A DNA stretch of 59,378 bases, counting the filler, from Porpidia crustulata (lineage: Eukaryota), in assembly GCA_964255105.1 (NCBI GenBank). It is 6 parts of 6 records of this genome, joined end to end, with 100 filler letters (N's around TTAATTAATTAA, not from the genome) between each part and the next. Parts side by side here need not be neighbours in the genome. Positions count along the whole stretch, not along the records: positions 19,864 to 29,668 come from CAXUWE010000881.1; positions 29,769 to 39,572 come from CAXUWE010000882.1; 4 more parts are not named here. One strand, written 5' to 3'. A model generated the notes under the pieces. The model worked only from the letters and a program-made list of their open reading frames with translations, was not told where the DNA came from and ran no database searches. A program made the translations under genes and the position numbers. The first letter of the stretch is position 1; every line of letters starts with the position of its first letter. Positions 21,855 through 36,100 of the stretch are shown one piece after another.

Positions 21855-24438
21855 TCAAAGGCCTATCTTTGGCTCCCACTTTACACTCTCTTTCGCACTC
21901 CATTCACCCAGGAAGCTCCAACCCATTCGCACGGCCTCGATACCACTACTATTTTTGGTCAAAGGGAGATGGTATACCCCGGCACCATAGGCCTTCGGGA
22001 CCAGTTTCTCGGTACTTTTCGGCGCCACAGGTGTGGTTAGACGGTTGGCCCATGTTGTCGCATACTGCTGCCGAAAGGTGTCTTCAGGAAGGAGGGTCGC
22101 ACCCTTTTCCCACGCATGCTGTGCTTGTCGTACATTTTCAACAAGCCCGTTCTTGAACGACTCATACTCCTTCTTGAATGCTTCATATTCCTTTTTGAAC
22201 GTTTCATAGTCCTCAGCGGCCGGTGGAAGAAGCGTCTCTCGCTCAAGTCGTTCTAGGTCGTAAGAAGAGATAGTTTCACGGCAAACGGCTTCGAGGTAAT
22301 AGATTAGACCGTGAAGTGCTGGGATTGAGTAGGTGACCTTCTTTACGAAATGCATATACGGTAAAAGAGATGACCACTTTGCGGCCTCCGGGAGCTTCCG
22401 ACCCAAGCGCGATGCCTCATCCCCAAGGCTGAATCCCAACATGTAGCAGAGGACAGTCTCGGTCACGATCGCGGCTCCTTGTTTGAGATCATCGTCAACT
22501 GTTGAGTACTCCGAGTTCGACTTGAGGAAAGGATCAGCGTCGTGTTTCAGCGTTCTTCCGAGATCCAAGTATTTCTTTTGCTCAGCCTTCCAGAAAGAAA
22601 TCTCTTCGGCCTTGCCAGGACCCAGATTAGTACTAGCCGATGTATTTGACGCAGATCTATCATGCCGACCTACCCGCTCGGCACTGGCAGGTATATTTGG
22701 TGTACTGCTTCTCGTAGCTCCCATCGGAGTCTTGACATCCCCTTCTGTAGATTCGACCCGACGCATGGCGGAACTCTTTAACTCTCGTTTGGGAGTAGAC
22801 AATTGCGACTTATGGACGCTACCGCTGTGAGATAGCACTGGTGATTTAATTGCGGAACGTACCGGCGTAGAAGGCTTTGGCGGCGGTTCACTTGAGTAAA
22901 CTGCTTTCTGGCGTTTACCAGCAGGCGGTGCGAGATCGTCCGTGAGCCGTCGACGTTTTTCACCTGTCTTGCTAGAATTTTGTTCTTCTGATACTTGGAC
23001 AGCTTGTTTGCTAGATGTAACTCTCGCGGTGTTTTGAGGGCTGGGAGGATACTTATATTGCCTGGGTCGATTGTCGTTGCCCTGGTCACCGTTTGCGTAG
23101 TTCTTTCCTTTAGCGCGATCACTTGGAGTATCTTTGGCACTAATCGGCGAGACCTTCCTTACTTCAGGTTTCTTTGGGCGAGGTGTCATCTTTATAATCC
23201 TTCCCCATGCCTTTCTAGAAGTTTTGGGAATTTTCAAGACTATCAGCAAGTGCTTCTGGTCAGACTTTCCTGCTGAGGCTACCAATGAACCCGACTGTTC
23301 TTTCCTAATCTTGCCCGACGCAGTCGGAAGTAGCTTTCCGTTCTGTACTCCATTTACAGTGCTCGATTTTTGGTCGTAAGCTAATATAGATTTCGGTGTA
23401 TTATGCTTTGTCTCTAAAACTTTATGCGACGAGGTGGTAGGTTTTGATTGCTGGTTTATTATCGGATTTTTGGACATTGACGTATCGTCCATTGATCTAT
23501 TGGGGGCTTCATGTACACCCTTGATGGTTTTCTTACTACCATTGAAAGAGGCAGGAGCAGCTGACCCCCTTTTGTCCGACGAATTGGACGGCGTCGAAGA
23601 CGTCCCATGACGGACTGTTGCAGAGAGATTATTGGCAGCAACTTGCGCCTTCTCAAGTTCCTCTTCAATGTACGAGGGAAGGGTTGGGGACAACAAAGGC
23701 GGGAGTCCGTGCATATTAGTCTTCATCACCTCAGGTGCTTTCGAGATAGCCTGATGTGCAGGCAGCGGATCAGGGATTGTTCGTGCTTTCTTCGCTGGTG
23801 GTTGAACGGGACCGTGGTTGGAAGGCTTGGGCTCCTCTGGTCGTGCTATGTCATCCAAAGATCTGCTATCACCTTAGCTACTTGACATAAAAATAAACCA
23901 TCACCACTTCATACCTCTTCCGATTTTCGAGCCTTTCAATGTCCTTAGGCTGTGCTGTCTTCTCAGCTGATGCATTTGGGAGGCTGTCTTTACTTTGCAA
24001 TTTGACCTGACTGGGAGCTTGTGGTAGCGTCTTTGCACCAACTTGGCCTGCGGTCTTGATCTTATAGTCTGCGAGGCTGATTTTCTTTTTCGGTACCTGT
24101 CCCGGGAGTGGGGAGCTGGTACCGCTTCTTGCGTTTGGATTCTTTTGTTTTATTGCCCCTTCTCCGTCGTCCCAATCTCCTATTGCATTCATAATGTTAT
24201 CTTCGTCGAAAGTACGCGGTAAGAAGCTAAGGTACGACAATTGTTCCTCGTGTGGGCCAAAGGGAGTTCCTCGCCTCCAATCGTTGATCTGGTGCGAGCC
24301 AACACGATAATTGGTGGGCAGAGTCAATATGTAAGGTGATGATGGTAGGATTTCGTCGGTAATTCTTTGGAGGCGCGCGTCGACTGAAAAGTGTCCTGAG
24401 GGTTGCTTTTGGTTCAAGTCCTTTGCGAAAGCCGTCAT
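21855..24438 (-). CDS. Nuclear protein resembling the ELL-binding Ebp1 / AF4-FMR2-like family, two exons
   Basis: Exon 1 has HEEQLSYLSF and KKKISLADYK. An intron GTATGA...CAG lies at ~23864-23914. A low-complexity S/P/K middle precedes a helical C-terminal domain (KYLDLGRTLKH...ETVLCYMLGF...WSSLLPY...LHGLIYYLEAVC). Family assigned from memory of motifs. Confidence 0.6.
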
Positions 24439-25276
24439 TTTGGGGATTCAAGTTTCGGCAAAGTTGCAAGAGACCAGCAGTCTGTTGTGTGGGAGATAGC
24501 GTTGTGAAGGATGGTATGTATCGTATGACACGAAGAATGAGCGAACCAGCGGAGTTGAGGTACTGCAAAGGTAGAGTGAACGTAACGTGAACGAGCGATT
24601 CACAGCGCGCGATATCATCAAGTCAGTCAATAGCGCACCTCGAAGCTGCTGACGCTATTGAGAGGCGTCCGATGAATAGTCGCATTCGCTATTGTTCACC
24701 CGTCAATGAAGACGAACAATAGGTGAAAAACCACCATCCACCAAAGGATTTCCAGTGTAACATCCAAGAGATCTTAAGGAGAGAATCAAAGCTCCTATAT
24801 TGGTAAGTGTTACAAACACATGTACTCCAAGGCTACTTTTCCGCAAATGGCTTGGATATAAGCTTGGTGGCTGAGAAGGGATGAGTTGTGATTGTACGGC
24901 TGAGATCTTCGTATTATTATCTTCTCTAATATCGAGGCCAGTCTAGAAGTACAACAATGTAAAACAAATATGATGCAACATGTAATTGATGCTATTGTCA
25001 GGATGCAGGTGGTGTTGAAGGAAAGGTGCACATGCAATTATATAAGAACGTGAGTTTAGTGGCACAGTTATGTGAGATAGAGCTATCGGGAGCGGAGGGC
25101 CCGGGGAACCTCTTGGATTGCGGATAAGGCTGACTTAGGCATAGCACATCAGCGAACTACTGCAGATCACTACATCGCTTTCGTACTAATACACAATTGC
25201 GATAGAATGATTCGGATTCTTTTTGTCAAATTCGAGCAGAATTAGCCATATAGACCTTATAAGGCATGGCTAGATG

Positions 25277-27716
25277 CTACTTCTGTTCTGACACCAGATC
25301 ACTTTTCTGTAAAGTCACTATCTCACTCACGATCTTCTCACCGCCAAACAGACTGCCCACTATTTGGACCTCGACCTTTTCTTTGCTCACACCTAAGGAT
25401 TGCAGATCATCCGGGAGTACCGGAAATTCTAGGCAGTAAGCCTTGCCCACCTCTCTTCTTTCTATCAGTATGGTGAAATGTGAAAATGGACCCGTCGTCT
25501 CGCTCCGAGGGAGCCATATCGGCCATGTCTGATAGGATCCTCGCCATTGCCATGCTAATCTTCTTTCATTACATGACTCTTTTCCGCGCTGCGCTGCACG
25601 TATGTTGGATATATCGAAGTCGTAATCTCCTAGTACATGAGCGGGAGAGATGACAAGCCTCTTGATAATGAGCAATTCTTGATGAAAAATGTCTGGTTGT
25701 CGATCGCAGTAAAATCCGAACTCGACCAGACAACTTCCAACTTCTGCATGACCAAGGCTCATGCGATGTGACCCAATGGATAATTCGCATGAGATCTCAG
25801 AATACCTGTATTCGAGACCTTCGTTTGCCGTCTGATAAGCCGCGAAGAAGCCTATCTTAGGAGATCGAGTCACCTGCGGCTTACTGTACTGCAAGACAGC
25901 TTCAAGGGAGCCATCAGCAGGCATTCTGAGCTTGAAGAGACACATTCGAAGACGCAAATTTGAATCTACACAAGCCTGTTGACAATAGGCGTCTTTAGGA
26001 CCTAGATCGCTGTTTGGTATATCAAGTGCTTTGGTGTATACCACCAGGCTTGAAATTTTGTCTTGATGGAGCTCTCCGTAAAGTATTTGTTCTGTTGGTC
26101 CTTGCTGTAATGTCTGCCATTCGAGACCCTCCGTTGGCCACAGGTTAGGTAGAACACTCTGCGAGCCTAGACTGGAGAGCACACGATTATGTTCCTATGA
26201 TGGTAACTAAGTCAGAATCTATAGTTGGCACAAGCGCCCTACAGGTCAATCAAGAGTATTCAGGAATTATTTTATACGATTACCCATATGAAAATAGAAG
26301 GAATTACACACGTCAACTCCTTGCTCTATATTGGGCGCAAAGGCTTGGCCAAAATCTGTCTCGAGAAATGAATTTGATCCTGCTGGATACTCGCATGCAG
26401 ATTTGACAATCGGCTCCAGCGTATAATATTGGTTATGATGGGGTCTACCCTTGCGGCAATCGCAACCAAGCTCTTTGGGCAACAATACCCCTTTCCACAT
26501 GGATCGATCAACAGCTTTGGCGATGGAATTTTCAGCTCCACCATAGGTGCCATCCGCAGAAGTTGAGAAGTGCTCATGTGCCCAGGCGGGACCAAAGATA
26601 GCTGTGGAAAAGCCATGTTCTGCGAGAGATCTCATAGCCTAGCCCCAATATTTTAGCAGATCTCAAGATTTTGCATGATTAAAATCAATTGTATCATTCT
26701 AACAAAAGGCACAGGCTCGGAAGGATGCGTACAAGGCCAGTACTCGTACCACCTCCTCCTTTAAATGGAAAAGTGACTCTGGGCGGGCCCGGCATATTGG
26801 TGTTTTGTGCCCAGACGTCAATCCCAAAATAAACGTCGGAAGTCGACATTCCACTTCCACGAGCGACCATTTGGGCTTCCTGTAAACTTGCTATGGTCCA
26901 TCTATAATTTGTGAAGAGTACATCAGCAGACTTTGCGAAATCGAGATTCTTAATTGTCAGGCCATTCTGGTAGTCAACTTCGTTGTCAATATTCAACGCA
27001 TCATACCAAATTACTTCTCCTTTCTCGCCAAGATGATGCCGTAGATTGAGAATAAATAAATTCATTTTCTGGGCTAGGTCTCCGATATTGTTCGGAAACT
27101 CTTTTTCAACATTCAATAGCCAGCCATCAAAGCCAAACTCGTGGGCCATTGAAGCCAGCTGATTTGCTACCAAATACTCCCCATCGTAGCACACTAGCAA
27201 CCGCTCAATCTCACAAGTCTGTGGCTCAACTATAAAGGTCCCCAAGACTTTGATACCGTTCCGATGCATAGTGTTCGTCCATGTCGGAGGTGGGATACAG
27301 ACAAGCTTATGCGAGAAGTAGACGAAGAGCTTGATATGTTGGAGATAGCGACAGCTGTATTGTTCATTTTCTAGAGAAGGTGGACGGACACCCTCATAAT
27401 CACGGTAGCCACCACTGTAATCATGGCAGAGCAGAACCTCGGTGTATGGAAGTAATTGGGTATGGACTCTAGCAGATGATCTTTCTAGTAGTGGCGTATT
27501 GGATTGTTGAACAGGGTCAATGTCCTTTGGATGCCAGGCCATCAATCCGTCAAAGTCATCAAAGTACGCAAACCCTTTGAGGACATCGCGGAGCCTCGAC
27601 GCTCTTCTTTCTTCTCTGGAAGGCCCAGTGTCTGTAGGAGGGTTCAATATGTCTTTCAATCTTTTGCCAACATGCCAGCCTATTTTCTTCCAGTCTGGGA
27701 AACTCAAGGATGCCAT
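25277..27716 (-). CDS. ENGASE: Cytosolic endo-beta-N-acetylglucosaminidase (GH85), multi-exon
   Basis: LLCHDYSGGY, FVYFSHKLVCIPPPTWTN.MHRNG..VLGTFIVE, FGFDGWLLNVE (catalytic NxE), VIWYDA, FTNYRW, VYFGIDVW, STAIFGPAWAHE. Confidence 0.93.
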
Positions 27717-28095
27717 TGACGACTTGACTTCATGAAAACTAGAATCTACAGGCAGTCTCGAGTGGCGAATATGGTCTACAACAAAGTATTTCCACCAAAC
27801 TACACAAGCACGAGATAATGCTTCCTGGTTGACAGCGGATTAGCGGCCAATCATCCACACGGGCCGGACCTCTGGGGCGGGACCAATTACAATGGCATGA
27901 GTGGGTACGGTAGACCATCTTCCTTCTTACGCAGTTCAACATGCGCTTTCGCAGCGTGTCAACAATTTCAGTAAATAGTTGCTACTGTAGACAACCATGA
28001 TACAACACTGAGTATCATCACGACTTTTCCTGTTGCCCAAGATCTATCTGCACTGGCGTAAGCTGCTAAGACCATTGGGTCTGTCCCTTGCCATC

Positions 28096-29059
28096 ATGGT
28101 CGCGATGAACATCTTCAGGATTGCTGGTATGCCCCTACAGAGCTTTCCCAATGGCCGGGAGCTGACCATGAATCTACGAACAGCGGACTTGTCCCACTTG
28201 GTGTCGATCTTGGTTTTACTTCGAAAGATGAAAATGTCTAGTGTTTGTGGCCGGCCGAGATCTCTCCCTAGAAGAGTGGTGTAGCTAATCCTGAACAGAG
28301 TTGTTCGGGCATATCGTTCAAGTCGCAAGTGCTATATCTGATCGTCTATGTCACAAGATATTTAGGTGCGAACGCAAGGCGGGACCAATTGACAATCGAG
28401 CTAAAGACTTGTCTAGACATTTTCTCGACGTTCATCTCAGGCTCGCTATGGAACACCACTTTCAAAATCCTCTTCCTAGCATCATCAGCGTATACCGTGT
28501 ACCTTATGCTCAACGACTACAAACCGACCCATGATCCGAACATAGACACGTTCAAAGTCCAATATCTGTTGGGCGGTGCTGCGGTCCTCGCGATCCTTTT
28601 CCCTCCCAAATATCGACCTCTCGAGGTCAGTAAATGACCCTGACATCTTCACCTCTCCAACGCCCAACATCAAGATTTAACCTCGCACGGCGTAGATCCT
28701 TTGGGCCTTTTCAATATGGCTCGAATCCGTCGCCACACTACCCCAATTATTCATGCTCCAGCGTACCGGCGAGGCCGAGACGATAACGACCCACTACCTC
28801 TTCGCACTAGGCCTCTACCGGGCCCTCTACATACCCAATTGGCTGTATCGGTACTTTACGGAAGGCTACGTAGATGAGATACCCTGGGTGGCAGGCGTAA
28901 TACAGACGGTTCTCTATTCCGACTTTTTCTGGATTTATTACACAAAGTGAGCCTTCACCCTCTGCGGCCACGTCAAGTCATAGAACGGACCGAGATGTCA
29001 GATGCTAACATCCAGCCTCCAGGGTGCTACAAGGCAAAAAGTTCAATCTACCGGTATAA
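28096..29059 (+). CDS. ERD2: ER lumen protein-retaining (HDEL/KDEL) receptor, multi-exon
   Basis: [103 protein letters not shown] stop at 29057-29059. Confidence 0.97.
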
Positions 29060-29668
29060 AAAAAGGACATGGGGCAGAGGGGGTTTGTCATGTATCGTTT
29101 AGCGGTCATATGCTCTGTACTTCAAACCAATGTACTTGTAACCAATGGCTGGCATCCACGGACATGTCTCGGCAGTTCAGCGCCCTATCAGCTCTATCTG
29201 ACTCGTATTCAAAAGTCCCAGGCCCTCAACGGTGAAAATAAAACAACGAAAGCTCGCAGCGCGAAAAGGAGAGCGTCCACCAACGATAACGATCCTCGGA
29301 TCGCAGCCCTAACCTCATCGAATCTAGCAGTTCCAAAACCATTGCCTCATCACACACTCATCCATTCTGCAGGCCTTACTTAGCATCTCCCTCTGCCACA
29401 TCTCCCCATTTCCCACTCAAACCGTGTCCCATCCCCTCGAATACGGGCCATCGCATGATAATCGCTACCCACGTATTGCAACTCACCGTCGCGCATCCAA
29501 AAAAACCCCAATTCAGAAAGCGATCTAAAAGATAGGACAGGGTCTAGGTTGAAACGGAGATGAGATTGTCACCGGCGTAGATTCATACCTTGACATGTTC
29601 TAACGCACCGTCCCTCGCATCACCCAATCCTTCTCAGCTATCTCACTCCAATCCTTAATCTCCAATCC

Positions 29669-29768
29669 NNNNNNNNNNNNNNNNNNNNNNNNNNNNNNNN
29701 NNNNNNNNNNNNTTAATTAATTAANNNNNNNNNNNNNNNNNNNNNNNNNNNNNNNNNNNNNNNNNNNN
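29669..29768. other. Artificial contig linker
   Basis: N44-TTAATTAATTAA-N44. Confidence 0.99.
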
Positions 29769-30174
29769 TGTAAATCAGGCGAAATTAGGCGAGACGCATT
29801 TCCATTTTTTACTTCAACAGCGTGGGGGGTTAGTCGTTTGGGGTGATATTGTTGCTTGACGATGTGATAGTCATTGTATAAGCCTGGATTTGGATTATGG
29901 TTACGAGAGAGAGGTGGTGGGGGATAAGGGAGCAATATGGCAGTAGAGCCCTTGGAAGGAGGAGTGATGATATGACATTCACGTTAGATAATGGATACAC
30001 ATCACATAGTCAAGTCAACCAAGCGAACCTCCAGCTCAGAGAACACCATCAAGTAGAAATGTATATTCAGCGAGAGCTAGCTACAGCGATACAGCTAAGA
30101 GGTCCTCAAGCCGCTACACATGGGTATCATACAACTCGTCAACGTAGCCCCATCAGCACGCCGTTGCCCATCCT

Positions 30175-32534
30175 CTAGTCTTGCCGCCGGTAACCACCCG
30201 GCGGGAGCTGGAAGCTACCCGTGTCCGCGAATCCATCCATGTGCGGTCGCTGAGCCCCAGAGCCTGGGAACATACGCGGAGGACTCATGCGCCCTTCCTG
30301 GTTGAACTGGAGAGGGGGGAGGCCAGGCGGGGGGACGTTCATGTTCATGAAGCCGGGAGGCGGCATTCCCAAGGGGCCGTTCACAGCAGGTCTCATGCCG
30401 TATTGAGAACCTCTCTCGTTTGGGTTCGGCATGTTTGCCATTAGACCTGGAGGAAAGGCATTCGGGTTGCGGAGAGGTGCTTGGAATCCGGGGGGAGGTG
30501 GTATGTTGTTTTGGCGTGGGATTAGAAATTGGGGGTAGGAGGAGGGTAGCTGGTCTAGGCCTGGCGGTCTTTGGAGTCCCGCAGGTAGTTGTGGTTGTTG
30601 GGCGTGTCCCACGGATGGATGGCGTTGTGTATGATTGGGATTAGGTGGCTCGTAGAACCCTAGTGGCGGCCCATTTCTGTCCGAGTTTGGGTTTAGCTTA
30701 TCGCGACGCTGTATGTCGTCTCTTGCTGGCTCGTTGTAAAGGCCTGGTGGGAGGTTTGGACTTGCTGGCGTCTGTCGAAGTAGGTCTCGTGGTGATATGA
30801 GAAGATTGGAAAACGGTAAGACATTGGACCCGGTCGGGCCAGCCTGTCGTTGATCGCTGAAATTGGCTTGACTCGTGTCTCGACGTGGTTGCTGTGTTTG
30901 CTGCATCAACTTGAGCAAGAACTCACTGTCGCGGTTCTGCGGAAGAGCATCTCGATTTGCTTGTGACGCAAGTAAGCTCTCTAGCCCACCAGCTGAATTC
31001 CGAGATTGAGGCGACTGCATTGGAGGAGAGGCTGGTAGATTTCGTAACAGCTGGTCCCTAGGAGGCGTACTAATCCTTGCAGCGCTGGACTGCTGCCGAT
31101 CAAGAAGCTGTAGAATCCGTTGGAAGCCTTCTTTGTCTTCATTGGAAGAGTCCTTGGCTGGCTCAAGGGGAAGAAGTTTAGGAACCGGTGGTTCGGGATC
31201 TGCTTCAGCTGGTGCTGGTTTCGGGTTGAAGAAACCGGTGAATTTTGAAGGTTTTGGAGTGTTGACTTTGTTCATATGATTGGCAGGCTGCACTTGCGTG
31301 CCGTTACTCACACATTTATCCTTTGGCTCATTCCAGAGCCCAAAGAAACCATCGAAATTAGGATCCATAACAAGCGGCGTTTCGACCTTGCTTTCTACTG
31401 CATTATTGGCAAGCGCCGATACAGAATGCTCACGTGCAGGTTGTTGTTCTACTGAGGAGTCCTGAGTGGTTCCATTGCTGGCCCTCATGCGCTCTTTCCA
31501 TCGCTCAAAGTCCGCCTGAGTATGTGACTGCTTCTTCTCCTCCGGCTCAGGCTCATCCATCCATTCCGGATCTCGCTCTTGCTTTGTCGATCTGTTCCAG
31601 TCTCGCTCTGTTCCGCCCATCCCCAATTTCTCCTTCTCTCGCCAATCACGTGCTGTGCCCATGGTTCTGGGGTTCTCGGCTGCCTTACCCTCCTGCCGCT
31701 CGTCATCTCGTGACCATGGTGCTTCGAAACGGTTCCTCCCGCCCTCAGTACGCCGCATAGAATTTTCATCACTGCCCTCTCGATCTGTGTCTCGTCGATG
31801 GTTCTCAAACCCTCTTTGAACTCTTGGTTCTCGACTACTATCTTTATCTCTCTCCTGCTCACGCTCGCCGTTGCGCCGCGAAGGCCGTTCAAAGGCATCA
31901 TTCCCATTGGTTTTGTGCTGTCGCGCAGTGGACCAAGGCTCACTGTCATCCCTCAAACTGCGCCGGTTTTGAGTCGAACCCTGTTTTGAATCCTTGGAGG
32001 GCTCTTCTCTTCCATATCTACGACCCTCTTTATCGTATTTCTCCTTGTAGTTTTGGTGGTTGTCCTTCGCTACATCATCATCATTCTGGCTTGCTTTTGT
32101 TCGAATGGACGGGTCTAAGGCCTTGTTTGTGTTTCGCGCACTGGAAGCAAAGGCGATCTTTGGGGGTCCTAAAACGATATCCTCAGGAGCTAGAATGGAT
32201 AGTGTATAGCAGTAAGTGAATGTCTGGCATAAATAAGGGCTAACGATGCATGCATTACCATTACTTAGTCCGCGGGACATCCTGCTCTCGAACAACGGCC
32301 TTCGACTTGTGGTGCCATCGACTGCGTGCATTTCTTCGGTCTTGCCTCGACTGACAGGTTTTTTCTGGTTCTGGTCTGCAATAGGGCTATGGCAACAATT
32401 AGCATAGTCATGTAATTTTATATGTCGTTGACCTACCCCATCCATTCTTCAACGGGTACCAAGCTGGAAGGCTTGCGTACCAACGGAGACTCTCGTAGCC
32501 GTAGTAAATCCTGGACTGTGTATTGCAAAGCCAT
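30175..32534 (-). CDS. Disordered putative eIF4E-binding protein (4E-T/Cup/Eap1-like), three exons
   Basis: The first exon (32534 to ~32437, missed by the ORF track) reads MALQYTVQDLLRLRESPLV..EEWMG, a YxxxxL-phi motif. Later come DPEWMDE, SKFTGFF, EGFQRILQLL and multiple PPG(F/L) motifs. Confidence 0.7.
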
Positions 32535-33104
32535 CGCAGGACCCCTCTCCTCAGGCTTGATACTAACTGATGTAGTATGCTCGGTTCGTCACGGCTGTCT
32601 ACAAGCTACAAATTGTAGATAGCAGTGAGGTAGTTGCAGGTGCAAGTCGAAAGTTTCAGGAGCGGACTCGATGTTCCTCGAAGAGAATTCGAGTTTCCAA
32701 CAAAGATAAAGTGTATGTGAGATTTTAGACCGATAAATCGTAGTATGTGAACGTTTGATAGTATATCTGGATATCAAGGTGGCCCGAGAAAAATGTTGAG
32801 CTGTGGAGGGGGAGATGTGTCAAGCCGACTCTGGCGGGGTTCAAAGATTGAAGATCACCTCGTTGTTTGGTATAGATGGGAAGGGGATTTGGTACATTCG
32901 GAGTATTGGTGACAGTCACGATCGCGTATGAAGAGCAACAATTGCGGTATGAGTGGTAGAGTCTTGAGGTGATGTTGACCGGTATATTTTTTACAACCAA
33001 AGCTTTTGTTTCAATGCGAACAAGAAGGTACCGTTGGAGAACCTATATTCATCACACACGAGATCCTTCACACTGACCTCAGGACGCTGCTCAGAACTGC
33101 ACGA

Positions 33105-36100
33105 TCAAATTATATTTTCGGATATCTGGAGTTTATCTAGTATAGTAACACACGTTCCTTTGCTCCAATCATTCACGCGCTCCTTGTCACTGCTTTCGTA
33201 TGCCCTTGATGCCAAAAGTCCTAGAACATCTGAGTCGAAGGACTCCGTCTTTTTCATCATGATTTGACAATAGAGCCAGCCTAGTAACCCGCAGCGAGTA
33301 ATCAAAGTCGTGCTTCCCCCAACATAGGTGCAACGAAAGAGCAGCTGTAAGATTCTCTTATAGCAAATCTCTGGTAATGAAGGTGATGCAGACAAAGATA
33401 GCAGGCGCTCGAATATATGACAGCGTCGGTAAATTTCCATATCCTATTGTATGGCGTTAGACAAAAGCACACCAATAAAACGAAGGAAGCAATTACCGCA
33501 GGAGTTCGTAAGCCGTCGAATAAGACGTCGAGTAACCATTTCACTTCTTCGTAGTAAGAGTCATCATCCGTTGGCGGGTGAAGCATAACACTATCCACCC
33601 AATATGAAGGTAGCTTCACTACGTTCCATTCGGGCCCTTTATTCAAGAACCTGTTTATCTTGGTATACATAACATGTAAGGGGTTTGCAAGGATCGACAG
33701 AGATTGGGCTGCAATAGCACCCGCAAAATATGGAAAAGGCTCTTCTGAAGACGCATTTTCCGCAGTCTCTGTCGCTTCTCCAGCGAGAACATATGTTTGT
33801 TGCCATTCGCTGTATCCTGAGGGCTGTTGAAAATTAGCATTGATTTGTAGAAGACGAAGGTGTGCCCACCTCAAGTTTTGTCATGAAAGCACGCAAGCAT
33901 TTTTGTGCCTCTTTTCTAATTTCCCCATACTTCGAACACAGACAGTAAATCAAGTCCTCGATTGACCCATCTTCAATTGCCTCTTGCACGTCTTTGTGGG
34001 TCCATTTGCGCAACCCAAAGTGATCTTGATCCTCTGCAGGAGGTCCAGGAGGCAATGGTGTCTGAGGATGTAGAGTGCGTTTTGGTTCACCACGGTTCAC
34101 TATAGTCGGATGCAGCATGTCACGATTTGGTGGTAAGGTACATTGCAGTTCACCAGGTATCTGGGCACCTGCTGGCTCGTCAAAAGCTTTTTCAAGTACT
34201 TCATGGCATTTTCTGTCCTCCACATCGCTTCGCAGTCGATCGCGTATTTGAGAGAGAAGAGTCAAATCCCCGCCAGCGTTCACCAATAGATTCAAGTAGC
34301 GAGCTAGCCATTCAGCCACGCTGGTTTTTTGGTCGGAGGGAACGAGGGTCCTCGTCAGAAAAGGCCACTGTTCCAGGACCACAAGGAGTAGTAGATCAAG
34401 TCTACCAATTTCTGTTTGGCTCGATTGGACCTCATCTGATAGAGATAAAAGAGCATCATGGTATTTGACAGGCTTCCTGACAAAGCGTAAAACACAATTA
34501 TCAAGGAACTTATAGACAGCATCAGAAAGTCCTTGAAGACTGAGCACTAGCACATTAAGAGACACAAACTGTTCTGGTTTTAGGATCGTGCATTCTCTGA
34601 CAACGGATTCCAACAACACTCGCAAAGTGTTATCTGCGTCTTTTTGCTCACTAGCGACATATAGCCGTAGTACAGTGGTAAAAGTAGACAAAAACATTTC
34701 ATCTACGCCATCTCATCAGAAAAGCTATTCACTCAGATGCAAAGTCTCATACCTGATTTATGCCACCAATCCATGTCAGGCGAACGGTGCGCGATATACA
34801 GGAGATGGCCAAGTTCCAGCGATTGCATGGCCTCTACATCAGAGCTCTTAGGTCGCTTCTGACGCTCCTGCAGTGCAGTATAAAGGGCGGTAGAGATGTC
34901 TAATTTATTCTCCAAAGCTATTTGCGGAACCGTTGTGTAGTACAATGCAAGTAGGCGTGTGACGGCCTCTCGCAGCATGAGATTTCTCCTCAAGCGACTA
35001 CGAAATACTGCGATGACATGCTTCATGTCAGGACATTTATGGCAAAAGGCTGCAGTAAGTGCTGAAGCAGCCTCATCTGCTCGGCGTCCGGATCGACCTT
35101 GAAGGTTTTGGTGGTAACTTCTCAAGATCTTCAGTGTAGCTTCGAATTTCTCAAAAGCTATTACTAGTAATCTTATTGCGAAAAACGTTATCAAATCTGC
35201 GCTTTGATTTAGGCATCGGGTAAGAACTTTCTGAGTGAGAGGCTGTGGGAGGATACTCTCCATGATAATCGAAATAGCAAGCGTACTCAGTCTGCCATCA
35301 GCCTCCAAACGCACATATTGCTTAGGTATTGGAAGTTGGATAGTAGATCCTAGAAACATAGAATAACCAATCCATGTAGCTGTCAATTTGGGTTCAAATG
35401 AGAATGTTTTCTTCTTGTGAAAATAATCAGCGATCAATTCAGGAGCAGCCTGAAAGACTGCAAGTGTCAGATTAGCTTGGGCCACATTGGCATAGGGTCG
35501 GAGGCACTGAAGAAAAGATGCAAGGGTTCTATTGCGAATAGGCTTTCGCTTCAAAGAGCGTTCGGGACTCGGTATGGTGTCCGCAACATCTGCCTGATCA
35601 TTGAGCATATCTGTCCGCAGGTCAGGTCCAGGAAGAAGTATGCCGAATTTTGAATTTGTGCAGACGAGAAGCAAAAAAGCATGAACTACATTCCCTATAG
35701 TAGTGTGCCCTTCCAGATTTCTGTCATTCTCGTGATAGCTGTACAAGGTGGCAAGACGTCCCAGGGTCCAATCCGTAAACAATCGAGCTTTGGAAAGGTG
35801 GTCAACAGACTCATCCTCCACCACATACTTCTTCAGCGTATCAATAATCTCGTGGATAACCGAAGGAGAATCTTCTCTGATATCTTGAAAAACGGCACGC
35901 CATGTTCTCCCCTGTGCTAAGATCTCAGCTTTTGCACCTTGGTCCTGCAATCTGATGTTTGCAAACAGGTACCGAAGAGCATTATTCCTAACGGAAGGTT
36001 TCCACCCATTCAGCTTGCTTTCGACTCTCTGGTTATGCATTCCAAGGAAAATGTTCAGCTGCTTGAAGGTCACTTCCCGATGAAAATAAACGCTCTTAGC

